Shown here piece after piece: positions 59,560-64,000 of a DNA stretch of 64,000 nucleotides. This DNA comes from Salpingoeca rosetta. Taxonomy: Eukaryota > Protista > Choanoflagellata. The stretch lies in the NCBI GenBank assembly GCA_033442325.1, contig JAWQFM010000001.1:1199473-1263472 (forward strand). The letters are read 5' to 3'. A program made the position numbers and the translations under genes. Below the pieces are notes generated by a model, which was given only the letters and a program-made list of their open reading frames with translations, made no database searches and was not told the origin of the DNA. Position 1 is the stretch's first letter; every line of letters begins with the position of its first letter.

Positions 59560-59814
59560 CTCTGGCTGTGGTTGTATTTGTTTGTTTTTGTGTCTGCGTT
59601 TGGGGCATTATGTACTCCCGTGCACATTGTATGACCAATTGGCTGCTTCCTGTCTCTGCCACGATACGAGCAACGCACACTCATGCAAACCCTTGTATCG
59701 ACCCCACCCTGACCACCATCACGCTGACACCCCTCTCCATCTTGTGTGTGCTTCGTGTCCTTTGCACAGAGAGAGCTGACGAGACAGCTTCTTCCCAAGG
59801 AGGACGCGCTATGA
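57100..59814 (+). CDS. MOB3: MOB kinase activator 3, multi-exon
   Basis: MFRGAK|[22 protein letters not shown]|[20 protein letters not shown]|[24 protein letters not shown]|[34 protein letters not shown]..|[14 protein letters not shown]. Confidence 0.95.
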
Positions 59815-60684
59815 ACAACAACAACGACAGCGCACACACACACACACACACACACTCTCTCTCTCTCTCACGCACACGCGCGCACACACTCACACTCACA
59901 CACCTGCCATGCCCTGCCGATCCTGCTGCCCAGTCATTGTCTTGTTCTTTTTCGCCTTGCTTTGCGCGCATTCCTTTCATCCTCATCGCGTTTCCAGAAG
60001 CCCAGCTGATATGTGTGGGTGTGATCTGCTTCCTCCCCAACTGCTGTACACGTAAATTCCTTGCCTCTGTGTGCGTGCGTGTCTTTGTTTGTTTCCTATT
60101 GCTGCTGCCTGGTGTCTGCTTTGTGGTGCAGTGCTTGAGGCCTCTGTGTACACCCACGAATACATGCGTACAGCCGACGCCAGCACGATTGCGCGGATTG
60201 TGCCTGTTTGCACGAGATGAGCTCGGTCGTGCGTGCATTTGTGTGGCTGTGAGTGCGTTTGCGTGCATGTTTGCACGCGCTTTCGCGTGCACGTGTGTGC
60301 ATACTTGAGCAAGCTACACTCGTTCAACAATCAACGTCACACGAGTGTGTCCTTCCACCCACGTCAAACAAGGGTGTATTGGGTCGTAATGTAACTAACA
60401 GCGGCGGCCTCGCTCGTTTCGCGGAGCTGCCCTAGTTCCAGAATAATGGCTGGGAGTGTAACAACAACAACAACAACAACAACAACAACTTCATGAAGCA
60501 AGGAAGGACGAAAAGGCTCGTCCAAGGAATTAATGTAACCTTTACAACACAACACACGGGGTTGTGCTTTCTTTTTTCACCCACAACAAGACACGCACAC
60601 ACGCACACACACACACACATACACACACACACAATACGTTCTTACACACACGCACACACGCACACACACACAATACGTTCTTAC

Positions 60685-60729
<45 letters not shown>

Positions 60730-60730
60730 C

Positions 60731-61954
60731 TCAATAAATCTCCATGAGTTCGCGGAGGGACTGCTCGATGCCGCACATGCGCTGGCGATGCTCCGTCTTG
60801 TCGAAGATGGCGCTGATGCGATCCTCCTGCAGCAGGTGCTCCACCACAAAGTCAAACCGGTCAAGCGTCTTCTCGGAGACGTTATGCTGGAGGATGGTTC
60901 GCCACACGCTGGTGACGTAGGCGATGGCCCGCAACAGCTCGCTTGCGTCCACATCAGATATGACGGCCTGGCGCTGCGTGGCGTCTTGTTCGGACGGCGC
61001 AGACAGCTCCACGGCAAGCTGCCGCTGCTTGGCCAGACGGCGATCCCGGCTGAAGCGCACATACAACTGGCAGAAGGTGATGGTTTCGTCAAACAGGGTT
61101 GACGTGTCGAGGTTTGCGGGCAGCGCGTTCTCATGCACGATGATGGCGACGCGGGACGCGAGATCGAAGATGTATGTCTCCATCTTGCCTCGCACAGATC
61201 GCCCGGCCTCGGCCTCAGTGAAGTCCAGCACGTGCGAGATGAGCGCCCGCGCAGCGTCGTCGAGGTACCGCCGAATCAGGTGCTTGCCAAGCGATGACGT
61301 GGCAAATGCGCTGGCCAGCGCCGACTTGAACCTGTACATGCCGCCTGGCGCGCGGCGCAGATCGTCGTCGTCGTCCTCCGGCAACCTCAGCGGTGGGCGT
61401 GCGACGCCGTTTGCCAGCGCAGCCAGCCAGGATCTGCGCTCGTTCTCGGTCCTGACAGCGAAGCAGTGTGATCTGGGTTGGTCTGCCCGGCGAATGGCAA
61501 TGCCAAACCCGGACGGCGCATCGCACGGCTCCACGCTGGCCCCGGCAACGTCCACAAACAAGCGGACGGGGTCCGCCTTGGCCTGCGTGTGGTGGTAGAA
61601 GATGGAGCCGCTGCATAACATGAACCAGCGCCGCTTCCAGGGGCGATCGTCGCCGTTTCGCCTGCACTTCTTCAACACAAACCCCTCCATGTCTGGTGCT
61701 GACAGCTGTCGCTTCACGGATGCGCCATTGGTGTCGGCAGCGAGGTCCAAGTCCAGACCGCGCTCGCTCTGCTGTCTCGATCGCACGCCGCTGCTGCTCC
61801 TGCTGCTGCTGGTGCGGCTACTGCCGTTCACAAGCTGCAACGTGTCTCTTTTCTTCTTTGAAGCCCCTTCTTTCCTCCACCCTTTCCTTGTCCCCTTCTC
61901 TTCCTCCTTCTCCGCCCCTACCGCTGCCGTCATCACCTTCTTCGGCTCACTCAT
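60731..61954 (-). CDS. PH domain fused to TNFAIP8/TIPE (DUF758) domain, intronless
   Basis: PH: EGFVLKK..WKRRWFML..CFAVRTENERRSWLAAL. TIPE-like: SSLGKHLIRRYLDDAARALI..RVAIIVHEN..ILQHNVSEKTLDRFDFVVEHL..ISAIF. Confidence 0.8.
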   Translation of the reverse strand: MSEPKKVMTAAVGAEKEEEKGTRKGWRKEGASKKKRDTLQLVNGSSRTSSSRSSSGVRSRQQSERGLDLDLAADTNGASVKRQLSAPDMEGFVLKKCRRNGDDRPWKRRWFMLCSGSIFYHHTQAKADPVRLFVDVAGASVEPCDAPSGFGIAIRRADQPRSHCFAVRTENERRSWLAALANGVARPPLRLPEDDDDDLRRAPGGMYRFKSALASAFATSSLGKHLIRRYLDDAARALISHVLDFTEAEAGRSVRGKMETYIFDLASRVAIIVHENALPANLDTSTLFDETITFCQLYVRFSRDRRLAKQRQLAVELSAPSEQDATQRQAVISDVDASELLRAIAYVTSVWRTILQHNVSEKTLDRFDFVVEHLLQEDRISAIFDKTEHRQRMCGIEQSLRELMEIY

Positions 61955-62835
61955 GCTGTGGCCGCGTGGATGTGTGTGGGCGTCGACGAATGGAGAAGAG
62001 CGTTGTCGTTGTTGTCGTTGTCGTTGTTGTGCTCGTGGATTGTGGTGGTCGTTGAGAGGAGGAACAGCACACCACAAAAAGTAGTTTCTGTTCTGTGGTG
62101 GTTGTGGCGACCCGTTCACGATTCGTCTCTGCTGCTGTCTGCTGTTGCGCGAGCGCGCTTGCGGATTTGTGCTTAACTGCCAGGCAAGCAAGCAAGCAAG
62201 CGTTCACTTGATGATCGTGAAGACTCGCTGGCAAGCAAGTTATTGCTTCAATCAATCAATGCCACGCCAATTGGCCGTCACTTTCCCTCCGGCTTGATCC
62301 CAAAGCAAGAGACACACGCTCCCTGCCACTATTCAGCTGGCTAGCTCGTTGAACGGCGTCAGGGAATCCCCTACCACTGCAACCACAACGACAACCTCAA
62401 ACCACCCGAGACTTCACACGCATCAGCCCTGCAGCATCAGCACCGCATCAACAGCACACCCTCGATCGCTGCCGCGCATGTTACTGTCGCGACAACCATA
62501 TCGCCAACCACCGCGGCCGATTTAGCCCTGGTGATTCCACCCGCCTCGTGCGTGCGTGCGAGCGAACCAACCGCGCCATCCCTGCACTGTGGCGTGCACG
62601 TGGGAATCTGCTTGCTTGTCGACCGCACAGCAACGATCATAGCGACAACAACGACTTGTACAACCCCAACCAACAACCACTGCGACGACCAACAACCACT
62701 GCGACGACCAACAACTATCAACCAAGAACCAACCACCAGCATACAGCGCCTTCATCTGCATCTGTGAACGGCTGCCCTCTCCCACCCCTGACCTCAGCAC
62801 CATCATTCTGGAGCCTGGCAGATAGATAGGGCAGC

Positions 62836-63059
62836 ATGGAGGCGGTGAAGCTGACTCCCAAGGGGCGCCAACCCCTGCCACTTCACCGTGCTGTGGGTTT
62901 ACACCTCCATGCTGACACAGACCGAAACATCTGGCTGGTGTCCTCAGACACGAGTGGATTTTGTCCAATCTCCATACCCGCGTCAGCATCTCACGTACCT
63001 GCACATGACAAGAACAGCAAGGACAGCCCAGCACGCGCCGCGTCTGCCGGCCATCACGC

Positions 63060-63149
<90 letters not shown>

Positions 63150-63379
63150 GCAGCAGCAGCAGCCTTTGCACGCCTTGGTGGAGGAAGCGAGAAGACGACT
63201 AGCGTGTCCATTGCCTGCACCCATCGCAACTTTGCCAAATGCATGCATGCGGGCAACCTACCTCAACTCGTGTGGTGCGGTTCTCGTGCAATCCCCGAGC
63301 CAAGTCAAATGCATCCTCCCAGACACAACCACCTATCCCTGTCACAACATCTTTCCATCCCAGGTACGTGAACTTGCGC

Positions 63380-63444
<65 letters not shown>

Positions 63445-63771
63445 GGTGTCTGTGTCTGTGTCGGTGTCGGTGTCTGTGTCGGTGGGTGTGTGATTGCTGA
63501 CCCGTCCACAGGTGCGTTCGGCCGTGCTTGGAGCTGCACAGCCATCTAGTTTTTGCAAAAAGGCAGAAGTGTCTTAGCTGTCGCTCACCCCGTTCCATCA
63601 TTCAACATGCACATGCACTCGTGTGCACACCCATCACCACGTCACGTACTGGACAATGTTTTCCAGGATGTGGAAGACGAAGAAGCAGATGTTGTCTGCT
63701 TTGACTTGTCTGCACAAGACTTTGGCTGCCTGCTGCATCATCTCAACTGGAGCCAACTCGAAGCGAGCATG
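62836..63771 (+). CDS. Unknown polyQ-containing protein, probably 5' part of a gene running out of the window
   Basis: ATG 62836 ORF with (CAA)n polyQ, donor at 63364, and a candidate later exon 63667-63771 (DVEDEEADVVCFDLSAQDFGCLLHHLNW). No family recognised. Confidence 0.4.
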
Positions 63772-64000
63772 GTATGTGCTGGGGGAGCATGGGCCTGATG
63801 TCAACTTTGTCGCTACCATTTCAGGCAGCACTGAATGGCCTCGTCCACACCTCTTTGCAATGCTCATCACACTCACTCATCCAACTCACTCATCCAACAC
63901 ACTCACATCACACTCACTCATCACACTCATCACACACACACTCACTCATCACCGCCATCACGCAGCGCAACTCTACGCAGCAGCAACGACAATCGCTCAC

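Overview
Gene-dense, intron-rich eukaryotic DNA with (CA)n/(TG)n microsatellites in most introns and frequent polyQ/polyT coding repeats. The style and gene content fit a choanoflagellate such as Salpingoeca rosetta (inference). Most short six-frame ORFs are microsatellite artefacts, so genes were rebuilt by manual splicing. In order: a secreted protein with three tandem fibrillar-collagen C-propeptide (COLFI) domains and no triple helix (-); a Helitron broken by an assembly gap (+); BLTP3/UHRF1BP1 (-); an Eyes absent (EYA) homologue with an N-terminal SH3, a second SH3 inserted inside the phosphatase domain, and a lost motif-IV Asp (+); a UQCC4-like gene (+); RPP40 (-); a WD40-like gene (+); a large secreted multi-glycan-binding protein (-); N6AMT1 with a GC-AG intron (+); an intronless ARM-like protein with many RxRxxS/T sites (+); an ATF4/5-like bZIP (+); an HS3ST-like sulfotransferase (-); MOB3 (+); a PH-TNFAIP8/TIPE fusion (-); and a partial unknown gene (+). 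The most notable items are the double-SH3 EYA and the triple-COLFI protein. All family calls come from motif recognition, not database searches.
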